DNA of 64,000 nucleotides from Mycoavidus cysteinexigens (GCA_031963415.1 JASSUI010000002.1:29478-93477), one strand, 5' to 3'; positions 40,229 to 48,914 are shown, counted from the stretch's first letter. Notes: generated by a model from the sequence alone, not told the origin. Numbers and translations: made by a program.

Positions 40229-42442
40229 TCAAATTTTCATGAATATAGCTATCGCTGCTGCTAATCGGTTTGCTTCCTCTTCTTGATTAACTTCTGATTC
40301 TGATTTTATGCCAAGTTTTACGATTCGCCCATCTTTTTTTATGAGCGAGATTTCATTGCTGTGCTCATCGCGCAGAACATAGCCTGGAGGGATAACGTAG
40401 CCAAGTTCTTTAGAGGAATCTTCTAAATTTCCAGCAAAACTACCATAGAGACGTCTAGCGGGAACTGGCCCTAACATTGCCTTTGCTTTTTCATTGGTCA
40501 AATTCATGCCTTCAAAATATTTTTCATTTAGCACGATAGCCTCGTACTCCGCTTCACTTGCAGGTTCGCTTTCATAGAGCGCATTCTTATCTCGTTTCTT
40601 CTCTTCGTGCGCCTTAAGCTTGTCCCGAAATCCGTTGCTGTGCTCTTTACCTTTATATTCATTAGCGTAAAGCATAGGGGCTAATGAAGAGAGCAGATCT
40701 GTTTGACAGCCTTCTAACTGTTCAGGGCATGGCTCATGAATGGATGCACAGTACTCTCTATGAAAGCCATCTAGACTCAAGATACCTTCACTTTCGACGC
40801 GAATATGTCCTATTTCTTGTGCAGCCAATAAAACTGCCTCACTATGGCCTCGCTCTCTCGCTTGACGATCTTTGTTTTCGATGAGTCGCTTCGGTAAGAT
40901 TATTTTTTGTCCATATCTTTCTTTCCATCCCATACTCTGGGCTATCAAGTAAACCACTTCTCGACAGCCTGCATTGTCTTTTGCATATTTGATTAAAGCG
41001 ATATTGCGAGTATTCCATGGGGTCTGCGCTTTCATATGTCGAAAAAAGCGAAATGCGCTGGCTCGTATGTTTAGCTGGTGTACCGGTTTTGTTGAGTAAA
41101 TTTTTTGTTTAAGATTTTTTATTATTTTTCTTCTGGCGTGCCGAAGCAGATAGTTATAAGCTGATGGTATTTTAAAGATAGGATTTGATAAGAGGTCTTT
41201 GAGATCTGCGAGAAATTGTGATGGGGATTTTTTTTTGCTAAACAGTTGTTTACTTTTCCACATGCTTAAAACGCTTTGTTGATCTAATGGAAAAGCATAT
41301 TCCCAAAAGAAATTCTCTTCTACAGGTAGCCTTATTTGCGAAAAAAAGTCTGGTTGCCTAATTAAAGACTCATCTCTTTTTAGAATTTCTTTTAGAAAAT
41401 TAAATATTTTTTCTTTTTCCGCCTCCTCTATATTAATTTTAAACAATCTATTAATTAAAATTTCATAAGCCCCCCATAAAAATAACTTTTTTTCAGAGCT
41501 GTCAAGTCTTTCAAAAATAATCTCTATATCACGAAATTCTAAGAGTGCTATCTCAGAAACTTTACTGAGACCAACATACCAAAAGCTTTGCTTATAACTA
41601 GACAATCCAGAAAAGTCTCCTCCATTTTTATCAGTGGCAGCAGATTTATAAATATCAATTAAAGCTTCGCAAGTGTAGCGGGCACGATAAGATACAAAAG
41701 GATCATAATGCTCTTTCAAATCAAAAAAATAGTGGAATAAATTTTTTAACGGTTCTTTAAGGCTGATAGCGTATGGTTTGTTTTTTAGGTGTTGAGTGGA
41801 AGCTTTGATTAATATTTTTGATATGAAGATGGCGAAATCATCTCGAAGACTCGGTGGGGATATCTTTAATTTTTTAATATAATTACTTAAAAAAAGTATA
41901 ATCTTTAAAAAATTATTTTCTTGTTGATTGAAATTTTTTATGTATTTTATAAATATATATAAACTTCTTATAGAGAATAAAATATCTAATTCATTGTATT
42001 CGTTCTTTATAAATTCATCAATTTTATAAATTGAAAAATCTAATATTTCTTGAAATTTGCTATCTACCTTCTGCCATAATGCATCTTGCATAAAAGGTTT
42101 TAGTTGTGCAATTTCAAAAACTTTGGAAGCACTTGTAAAGTAATAGTTAAGGAAGCTGCTAACCATTTCTGCAGCAAGTGACCAAAATATTTCATTTGGT
42201 TGGTTTACCTGTTCTTGGTGAATATTTTCGAAAGACTCATTGAGACGTTTCGCAAGGCTAGCGACATCGTTAACTTCAAAAAGCGTATCAATAGATTGTT
42301 TTGTACGGCTTAAAAGAGAATCAGCCGAATGACTTGCCGCTTCTGAAGGTGCGCTGAAATTATTACTTTGTGCGCAATAGGTGCTATGACTATAAGTTAA
42401 AGGCCGCTGCGGCTTGGAAGTAACAGCATTATTAGCAAGCAT
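40229..42442 (-). CDS. Hypothetical 737-aa protein; the C-terminal region has a deaminase-like HxE...EPC-x6-C motif
   Basis: I prefer the ATG at 42442 because the RBS GGAGGAG precedes it. The N-terminal two thirds are AT-rich and helical. The C-terminal region reads RGHSEAVLLAAQ...YCASIHEPCPEQLEGCQ. Confidence 0.6.
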   Translation of the reverse strand: MLANNAVTSKPQRPLTYSHSTYCAQSNNFSAPSEAASHSADSLLSRTKQSIDTLFEVNDVASLAKRLNESFENIHQEQVNQPNEIFWSLAAEMVSSFLNYYFTSASKVFEIAQLKPFMQDALWQKVDSKFQEILDFSIYKIDEFIKNEYNELDILFSIRSLYIFIKYIKNFNQQENNFLKIILFLSNYIKKLKISPPSLRDDFAIFISKILIKASTQHLKNKPYAISLKEPLKNLFHYFFDLKEHYDPFVSYRARYTCEALIDIYKSAATDKNGGDFSGLSSYKQSFWYVGLSKVSEIALLEFRDIEIIFERLDSSEKKLFLWGAYEILINRLFKINIEEAEKEKIFNFLKEILKRDESLIRQPDFFSQIRLPVEENFFWEYAFPLDQQSVLSMWKSKQLFSKKKSPSQFLADLKDLLSNPIFKIPSAYNYLLRHARRKIIKNLKQKIYSTKPVHQLNIRASAFRFFRHMKAQTPWNTRNIALIKYAKDNAGCREVVYLIAQSMGWKERYGQKIILPKRLIENKDRQARERGHSEAVLLAAQEIGHIRVESEGILSLDGFHREYCASIHEPCPEQLEGCQTDLLSSLAPMLYANEYKGKEHSNGFRDKLKAHEEKKRDKNALYESEPASEAEYEAIVLNEKYFEGMNLTNEKAKAMLGPVPARRLYGSFAGNLEDSSKELGYVIPPGYVLRDEHSNEISLIKKDGRIVKLGIKSESEVNQEEEANRLAAAIAIFMKI

Positions 42443-42537
42443 CTTCTCCTCCTTTCTCAAGGATGCATAAATTAGAAAGAAATGCTAGCGATGATGCTAT
42501 GTAGCCTTTTACTGAAATAACATTGAGATATAAAAAT

Positions 42538-43321
42538 GAGAGTGTTATTCTATAAATAGATTTCTAAAAATTCACTTCCTCTACTGAAGATGATCAATTG
42601 CAAACGCTGTGGGGATAGGAGTGCTGTTGTCAAGAATGGCAAAGTAAGAAACCAACAACGATACTACTGTAAAAGCTGCGAGTACAACTTTGTTCGGGCA
42701 GATAAAAGACAAAACCGAGGCTATCCGGAAGAAGTGAAAGCCCTGGCGGTAATGCTGTATGGGACGATGAAGTGCAGCTACGGCATGATTGCGCGTTTGC
42801 TCAAGACAAGCCGCAGGACAGTCTATATGTGGGTGAAACAAGCGGGTAATGAGCTGCCTGAACCTGCCCTTCCCGAAAAGATAGAAGCGATTGAGTTTGA
42901 TGAAATGTGGCATTTTGTGCAGTCTAAAAAAAAACAAATGGTGGATATGGAAAGCCTTAGATCATTCCTCCAGGAAGTGCATCGCTTGGGTCATCGGTCG
43001 TCGCGACGCTCAGACCTTTAGACGGCTCTATGACAAAGTTAAACACTTGGGCGCTCACTATTTCACCGATGAATGGGATGTGTATCGAAAAGTGCTCCCT
43101 GCCCAGCAGCACACAATTGGCAAAGCCCATACGACAGCCATTGAGCAAGATAATTCGAATACACGGCATTTTCTGGCAAGAATGACTCGACGCACTAAGG
43201 TCGTTTCAAAGTCTGTGCTCATGGTGGATTTATCTTTGCGCATTCAGCATTTCTTGGCTTCGCCTGACAATTATGCAAATTGGCGGGAAAAATTCTCATC
43301 TATCTTTTAAATAACACTCTC
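42538..43321 (+). mobile_element. IS1-family element, copy B
   Basis: The element is 784 bp long with IRs GAGAGTGTTATT. An 8-bp direct repeat ATAAAAAT lies at 42530..42537 and 43322..43329. Confidence 0.9.
42590..43310 (+). CDS. insAB: IS1 InsA/InsB-type transposase in two overlapping frames
   Basis: The proteins are the same as in copy A. The frames overlap at an A9 run (42926..42934). Confidence 0.8.
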
Positions 43322-43389
43322 ATAAAAATTAGACTCACTAAAAAGGGGTAAAGCGCATCCTTTGTTCGAGCAAGATTATCTACTGCGGA

Positions 43390-44688
43390 TTAGGCTACTC
43401 GCGTAGTAGAAATAGGTGTAGCAGATGAATGCTGCGGTCTAGATTTATTTTCCGGCAAGATAAGCATTTGGTATATGCCTTCTTCAGTATAAATAAGCAG
43501 GCTGGAGTGGTGCCAACTCATTAATCGCCCATTATTATCTCCTGGTAATGGCATTTCTCCTACGCCTACACCATATTCAGTCGACCAAATAAAAATACGC
43601 CCCTCTCTGTCTGCAGACGCTAAGAACTGACCATCTGGAGAAAATACTAGATGAGGGATATGCGTTAGATAGTGGGATATCCTGTGAAAAGGATAGATAG
43701 ATTGCTGATGAGTGCTGGATTGTTGAGAAAGGTCGCCTAATTTCCAGATCAATATGGAGTAAGTGGTAGAGGGAAGGTCAAAGCCGATTGTAGCGAGCCA
43801 TTTTCCATCTGGTGAAGGTACGATTGAGCTTGCCGTTTTTAATGGTTCTGCTTTTAGTCCGAGGGTTTGTGACTCAGGAAAAGCGTTTCCCTCAGTTTTT
43901 AAAAGAATAGCGCGCTGATTGGGATGCGCTAAGGAACGTAAACCAATCCCATCTTCTTCAACAGTCGCAAACCATGTGGAGTGAGGTAAAAAAACAGGTT
44001 CATCGAAACCAAACCCCCAATCTTTATTACATAGAATAGATGGGTGAGACTGATCTGATGGTGCTATTTTTTTTAGATGCGTTTTAAACGAATGTGCGCT
44101 AGAAAATTCTGAAAAGAAGGCTATGTTGGGCGCTTTTACATAGGTGACAGAGAGAAGCGATTGCTTATCTGGTGAGATCGCCACGTAAAAAACAGGGTTT
44201 TTATGTTGTTCCAAAACCTTGCTAGTATTTTCTGACTCAGAAGAAAGTGACCATAAGCACACAGCACCATCCTCACCACCTGCAACAAGTGACTGATTAT
44301 CCGCTGAGAATGCCAAGCTTCTAGTCAGTGCTGCATTCCCTTTGAAAGTTTTGGTAAGTTTCCATTTCATTTGTCCCTCTATCTGCCGATAGACGCGAAT
44401 CTCATGAGCGCCTGCGTAGGTATTTCTGCTAGCTTTCGCAAGTAATTTTCCATCTACTGAAGCACAGAAAGCACCTTGCTTCATATAGTCAGGTTCATTC
44501 AGGATGGTTTCATGGTAGGCATAGCGACCGGCATGAATCTCTACTATGGGCCGTTTGCGCATAATTTCAGTCGGTAACTCTTCTGTCGAAGTGGACTGAT
44601 CACGTGTTTCTGGTTTTTTTATTACCTCCGCTTTCTCTTTTTTAGGCGTAGCTGTCTGGGTTTTTGCCGGAGCCTCCTGCTGGCTCAA
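43390..44688 (-). CDS. WD40/beta-propeller repeat protein
   Basis: Repeats end in LAFSADNQSLVAGGEDGAVCLWSL and VFSPDGQFLASADREGRIFIWS. The N-terminus is low-complexity and K/E/T-rich. Confidence 0.65.
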   Translation of the reverse strand: MSQQEAPAKTQTATPKKEKAEVIKKPETRDQSTSTEELPTEIMRKRPIVEIHAGRYAYHETILNEPDYMKQGAFCASVDGKLLAKASRNTYAGAHEIRVYRQIEGQMKWKLTKTFKGNAALTRSLAFSADNQSLVAGGEDGAVCLWSLSSESENTSKVLEQHKNPVFYVAISPDKQSLLSVTYVKAPNIAFFSEFSSAHSFKTHLKKIAPSDQSHPSILCNKDWGFGFDEPVFLPHSTWFATVEEDGIGLRSLAHPNQRAILLKTEGNAFPESQTLGLKAEPLKTASSIVPSPDGKWLATIGFDLPSTTYSILIWKLGDLSQQSSTHQQSIYPFHRISHYLTHIPHLVFSPDGQFLASADREGRIFIWSTEYGVGVGEMPLPGDNNGRLMSWHHSSLLIYTEEGIYQMLILPENKSRPQHSSATPISTTRVA

Positions 44689-44999
44689 CTGAAGCTTGAG
44701 TTTCGCTATTTCTTCTTGTAATTGCTTTATTCTTCTTTTGGGTCTCAGGATTTGCTGATGAACGGTTGCTTGATGGTGCGCTTAAGCTTGATTTTTGTAC
44801 TGGTATTGATGAAGAAGGGACGATACTTGTCATGGTGTGCTTCTCCTATTGCAATAAAGGCATGCTGCCCATGTTTTTATCACGTAGGATGGCTCCTGTT
44901 TATACGGCTACTTACTGACAATTTTTTCAGCGCAACCCTAAGCTAAAAAATATCAAATGACTCGGCCATTGCCTGCGCACCTGGTTTTCTATTTAGTTA

Positions 45000-45233
45000 C
45001 TTCCCGAATATTTCGCACAACTCTCTGCCACTAAACGCTCATATTCCGACAGCACAGCACGCAATCGGCTTAACACAGCAGAGCGCTGCCGCAACAGCGT
45101 GTATCGCTCCTCAACCAGCTTAATTAGAATTTTCTCCCTTCGTTAGCCTTAAATTTGAACTGCTCCGTGTACTTTGTCATGAAAAAACCCCAAAAGATTA
45201 GAACGTGGCGTCTAACCTTTTGGGGTCACATCA
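45000..45233 (-). mobile_element. Remnant of a second IS3-family element (left end plus decayed orfA start)
   Basis: The end TGATGTGACCCCAAAAGGTTAGACG..TCTAAT..GGGGTTTTTT is closely similar to the IS3 end at 31441..31491. It is followed by MTKYTEQFKFKANEGRKF and a stop. The inner boundary is uncertain. Confidence 0.55.
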
Positions 45234-45275
45234 GTCAAAGAAGTTTCTGTTAACTAACTGCTTAAAGCATATTTA

Positions 45276-46262
45276 TTACATTTTTATATCTGTATGTTTG
45301 GCCGGCTTTGAAGCATCTAATCCAGCCACATCCTTATCGGTTATATCCAGTCCTGTCGAGTCCTTAACTATTACCTTCACTTCTTCAAGGCTGAATTTCT
45401 CAAGCATACGCCCAGCAAGAGCTAGTGCTGCTTCCAGCTTCCCTTTTTGCATACCAAAGCGTTCCATACTAGTCACTATATGCATGTTGCGCTCCTGTTC
45501 TAATTCCTCAATGGATTCATTATAGCGATTCTCTAAATTTTCGGGCAAAGTCAAGATACTGTCAATAAAGGTATATAAGTTGATAATTTCGTCACGGCTC
45601 AGTCCTTTGTCGTAAAGCTTCCTAGTTAAGGTGAGCTTTGTTGCATAGCGTGCTTCTGGCTTTGAACGAGTTTTTAGTCCTGCTAGATGTGCTGCGACAA
45701 CTGTACCAAATGGGTTATCTGTTTCTATTAGCTGATCTTCTTGGCCTTGATAGTCCAGCAGCTTATTAATTAAGAATTGAAAACAGCAAACCTGATAACC
45801 CCACACTTCTTGAGAGTAACCGCACGGCCGCCAGCGCGTATGTTCATCAGCCAGAATGGCTAATGTTAGAATAGGCAGTTCATACCGATCATATAGTCTG
45901 TAGAAATATTGGAAGAGTCGTTTTTCAAAATGCTGGTCTTTCGTTCCCTGGATTTCGAGATGGAGTAGGACTAGAAAATCTTTCCCTTCTAAAGACTTAA
46001 CTTTTACTAATTTGTCCACGCGCCGTAGACCAATCATCGAATCTGAAGTGATTTTTAAAAGCTCCTGATCTAGCATCTCATAACCTGCTGTCCAACCTAT
46101 TTTTTGGGCTACATCAGGATAAAAAAAGCGCATAAACAGTTCAAAATAAGCATTTAAGACATGCTTCCAGGCTTCATCTGCATTTGCAGGCGGATTGGTT
46201 TTAAGATCGGTCATTATGTAATCAGTGAGATATTTTTCCTTATTTGCAAAATAGGCGCGCAT
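45276..46262 (-). CDS. Rpn/YhgA-like PD-(D/E)XK nuclease family protein (putative)
   Basis: The core RVDKLVKVKSLEGKDFLVLLHLEIQGTKDQHFEKRLFQYFYRLYDRYELPILTLAIL fits the D..hhhh(E/H)hEhQ nuclease core of that family. The call rests on motifs only. Confidence 0.45.
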   Translation of the reverse strand: MRAYFANKEKYLTDYIMTDLKTNPPANADEAWKHVLNAYFELFMRFFYPDVAQKIGWTAGYEMLDQELLKITSDSMIGLRRVDKLVKVKSLEGKDFLVLLHLEIQGTKDQHFEKRLFQYFYRLYDRYELPILTLAILADEHTRWRPCGYSQEVWGYQVCCFQFLINKLLDYQGQEDQLIETDNPFGTVVAAHLAGLKTRSKPEARYATKLTLTRKLYDKGLSRDEIINLYTFIDSILTLPENLENRYNESIEELEQERNMHIVTSMERFGMQKGKLEAALALAGRMLEKFSLEEVKVIVKDSTGLDITDKDVAGLDASKPAKHTDIKM

Positions 46263-46739
46263 TACCTAACTCTGCTTCGATTGACAAGTGATGCTAGGGA
46301 AATCTTCAATTCTATAATGAACGCCCAAGAGGCAAGAGATCTCTCTAATTTCCTCAAAGTTCTGGTAAGAAATCTGGTCGAGGCTTATAGAAATAAATGG
46401 TTAGCCTTATATTTGGGCGCAGCCATACCGAGTTTACATAGTGCTGCTGCGCCAGAAGAAAGCCGAACCGCTTTTGTTAGCTTAGAAAAGACGCGAAGCT
46501 TACATAAACTTGTTGATTTTCTTTTGAAGCATTCTGTGATCAACGGTACGATTCGTTTAGAATGTTCCGATGAATCTCAAAAGTATCCACTAGTTCTGTG
46601 AATAACTCAGTTGAAAACTATCTTTGATTTCTCCTAACCCCAACTAAGATAAAGTTTTTTTTAAATTGATCAAGTTTTGAGCAGATAGCTCTTATGCAAC
46701 CTTTTGGTTTTTTCTGGAATAGGATCTAGCCCCCTTCCT

Positions 46740-47162
46740 CTAGTCGTCTTGTTTTGCGCAATCACCGATAAAGCTCGATGTCTTTGCATCTATAGGCAAA
46801 GCTTTTTCTTGCTGAATTCCATGTTCTTCTTGTAGACGGGCAAGGGGGTGTACTCTTGACACTTCGTGCGCACGTCTAAAACTATACGCTGGACGAGCAG
46901 AGATAATGCGTATTTTTTCTTTGCAAGATATTTCATCTTCGTGAAGCACCTCCTCCTTACGCACTGTCCAAATAACGATAAGCGCTTCTAATGGGTTAAT
47001 TTTTCCTAATGTGATGTAACGCACCTTATCTTTTCCATGTGGTTGGATGCGTGTTACTGCATCAGGATCTAACAAGGCATGTTTCGCTTCTTCGAAGCTT
47101 ATGTTGTAGGTGCGAAGATTTTTCTCTGATTGCTTTGGATCAAAATCAAAAGTCAGCTTCAT
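46740..47162 (-). CDS. brnT: BrnT-like (DUF497) toxin with a C-terminal extension
   Basis: It carries FDFDPKQSEKNLRTYNISFEEAKHALLDPDAV..RYITLGK..LIVIWTVR..IRIISARPA. The protein is about 50 aa longer than is typical, and no BrnA-like gene lies downstream. Confidence 0.55.
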   Translation of the reverse strand: MKLTFDFDPKQSEKNLRTYNISFEEAKHALLDPDAVTRIQPHGKDKVRYITLGKINPLEALIVIWTVRKEEVLHEDEISCKEKIRIISARPAYSFRRAHEVSRVHPLARLQEEHGIQQEKALPIDAKTSSFIGDCAKQDD

Positions 47163-47290
47163 AAGGTCACGGAATGTAGTTTAAGAAAAGAATACTACCT
47201 CTTACACAGAGCTTTATTCATAAAACTGGGAGCAATTTTTATCCGATAAATTGAGCAAACCCTGTAAAATGTACTTCATATTCTTCATTA

Positions 47291-47495
47291 AGTGCTAACA
47301 ACACTTTGAAACAGCAACAAAATTTCCCTCGTTGATAAGCTTGGGAGCTTTTATTCTGTCCATTGGTTCTTTTCTCAATGGGCGGGAGTGCGGCTAATAC
47401 AACACCTGTCAAAGAACCTCTACCGAAAGGTATATTTTTTGATGGGGAATACGCCCGCCGACGCTGTTTCCGGTTGTTAGCTCCTGCCCTCCTCC
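47291..47495 (+). ncRNA. Candidate structured RNA, copy 1 (class unknown)
   Basis: Closing helices are GCTAACAAC/GTTGTTAGC and GAAACAGC/GCTGTTTC. The internal core (GTCCATTGG..AATGG(G/A)CGGGAGTGCG.CTAATA..GGGGAATACG(C/T)CCGCC) is conserved with copy 2. Confidence 0.4.
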
Positions 47496-47618
47496 TAGCC
47501 TTACTCAGCCAACCAAAGTTCTATATTTCCTAGTAATAACCTCTATTTGACTGGCCTAAACAAGTCACCACTTCAGTCATTAAAATCTCAGGTATTCAGA
47601 CCATTCTGAAAATAGGAT

Positions 47619-47648
47619 TTGACAGATTCGGAAAGATACGACTATATT
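47619..47648 (+). promoter_or_regulatory. Sigma70-like promoter in front of RNA copy 2
   Basis: TTGACA (47619..47624), an 18-nt spacer and TATATT (47643..47648). The conserved element starts 8 nt downstream. Confidence 0.5.
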
Positions 47649-47655
47649 TAAGTTA

Positions 47656-47850
47656 GGTGCTAACAACACTATGAAACAGCCGGTAAGTCGTCCCGTTAGT
47701 TTGCGGCTTTTTTTTCGTCCATTGGTTTTGTTTAATGGACGGGAGTGCGACTAATATAATACTCGCCAAAGGGTATCCTCCAAAAGGCAGATATTCTATG
47801 TTGGGGAATACGTCCGCCGTGCTGTTTCCGGTTGTTAGCTCCTGTCCCCC
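47656..47850 (+). ncRNA. Candidate structured RNA, copy 2 (class unknown)
   Basis: It has the same closing helices and conserved core as copy 1. It carries a compensatory G:C to A:T change (GGGCG/CGCCC becomes GGACG/CGTCC). Confidence 0.4.
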
Positions 47851-48177
47851 CGTCTAACAAGCGGGTTTCTAAGTCTCAGAAACAGGAGCAAAACTTATGG
47901 TCTTCCCCTCGTGTCATCCTTCGCGCCCTACCTCCAATTCTAAAGAATGCCCTACCACGCATTCGGCCTATGAACTGCACTCTAAAAGTTGGACCCTAAT
48001 TCAAACTTTTGTAGGACATTCTCGAAATATTCTCAATACATCCCGCAAATCTTTTAAACGCAGTGCTTTGCACGCTCAACCTAAATATTTCGGGGGTCTG
48101 CCATGCAAAATTTAGCTGCATCAACGTAAGCACGCCACGATCCCCAGCCTATCCACTTAAAGAATCGCTATTCATAC

Positions 48178-48537
48178 TTGCCGCTATCGAAATTGAAATG
48201 GCGGGATGGAGCGAGCATGAGACTAGATGCCAAGAGTTGGTCAGCCCATTTAGAGGCGGCGAGAAAAGAAGGCGTCCCCTTGACCCAGTATGCGAAGCGT
48301 TACGGACTCTCTCATAAGACGCTGTACAACTGGAAAAAGAAGCTGAAGTTGTTGCAAGAAGTTGTCGAGCCGAAGCGAGAAAATAAGTTTGTGGCGCTGG
48401 GTGTGACGGAGATGGCAGGCGAGAAGCCTGTGTGCAGTAGCTTGATTCTGCCTTCAGGGCTGCGGTTGGAGATATCGGGTTTACCATCGCCGGCATGGCT
48501 GCTGGCAATGAATCGTGCAGCGCAGGGAGGAAGTTAA
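48178..48537 (+). CDS. tnpA: IS66 TnpA (Orf1)
   Basis: The protein is identical to the one encoded at 7878..8237. Confidence 0.8.
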   Translation: MPLSKLKWRDGASMRLDAKSWSAHLEAARKEGVPLTQYAKRYGLSHKTLYNWKKKLKLLQEVVEPKRENKFVALGVTEMAGEKPVCSSLILPSGLRLEISGLPSPAWLLAMNRAAQGGS

Positions 48538-48893
48538 TGCATCCGGGCTGCAAGATTGATCAGGTATATCTGTGCCAGGAGCCTGTTGATTTTAGGAAAG
48601 CGATCAACGGGTTGAGTGCGCTGGTGGAACAAGAATTGGGGCTCAATCCGTTCAAGCACGTGCTCTACGTCTTTGTGAATCGGCCACGTACTAAGCTGAA
48701 GGTATTGTATTGGCATCGCAATGGATTTTGCCTGTGGCTTAAGCGTCTTGAATCGGAAAGGTTTGCCTGGCCCAAGGGAGGCAAGGAGGCGACGCTCACA
48801 ATTAGCCTACAAGAATTTGAATGGTTGCTGGAAGGATTTGATTTATGGCGAAATAAACCACACCCAACCCTTTACTTTAAGACTATTTCTTAG
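48495..48893 (+). CDS. tnpB: IS66 TnpB (Orf2)
   Basis: It carries the IS66 Orf2 signature. It has one substitution relative to copy 1 (LGLNPF vs LGLSPF). Confidence 0.85.
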   Translation: MAAGNESCSAGRKLMHPGCKIDQVYLCQEPVDFRKAINGLSALVEQELGLNPFKHVLYVFVNRPRTKLKVLYWHRNGFCLWLKRLESERFAWPKGGKEATLTISLQEFEWLLEGFDLWRNKPHPTLYFKTIS

Positions 48894-48914
48894 ATGAGAT
48901 AGATAGAATGCGGC

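Noticed and set aside
25117-43321. The two inverted IS1 copies might form a 18-kb composite transposon carrying the NACHT-WD40 gene and the AT-rich island.
   Set aside because: Copy B has its own 8-bp duplication (ATAAAAAT) on both of its sides. The outer flanks of the pair (tgtcgcacc / ataaaaatt) do not match.
44642-44833. A 63-aa ORF as an N-terminal extension of the WD40 protein through a frameshift.
   Set aside because: It is a low-complexity S/P/N-rich translation with no similarity to anything else in the window. There is no evidence for a frameshift.
47291-47850. The twin elements might be integron attC sites or MITEs, since the GCTAAC...GTTAGC ends resemble attC core sites.
   Set aside because: Each is about 200 nt long, which is too long for attC, and no intI is nearby. 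Conservation extends beyond the inverted termini on both sides, and no target duplications are present. A MITE origin is not fully excluded.
47897-48115. A 72-aa ORF with a good Shine-Dalgarno sequence.
   Set aside because: Its composition (S/T/P/H/K-rich, no hydrophobic core pattern) is unconvincing and I recognise no homology. It is kept only as context for the anti-SD observation.
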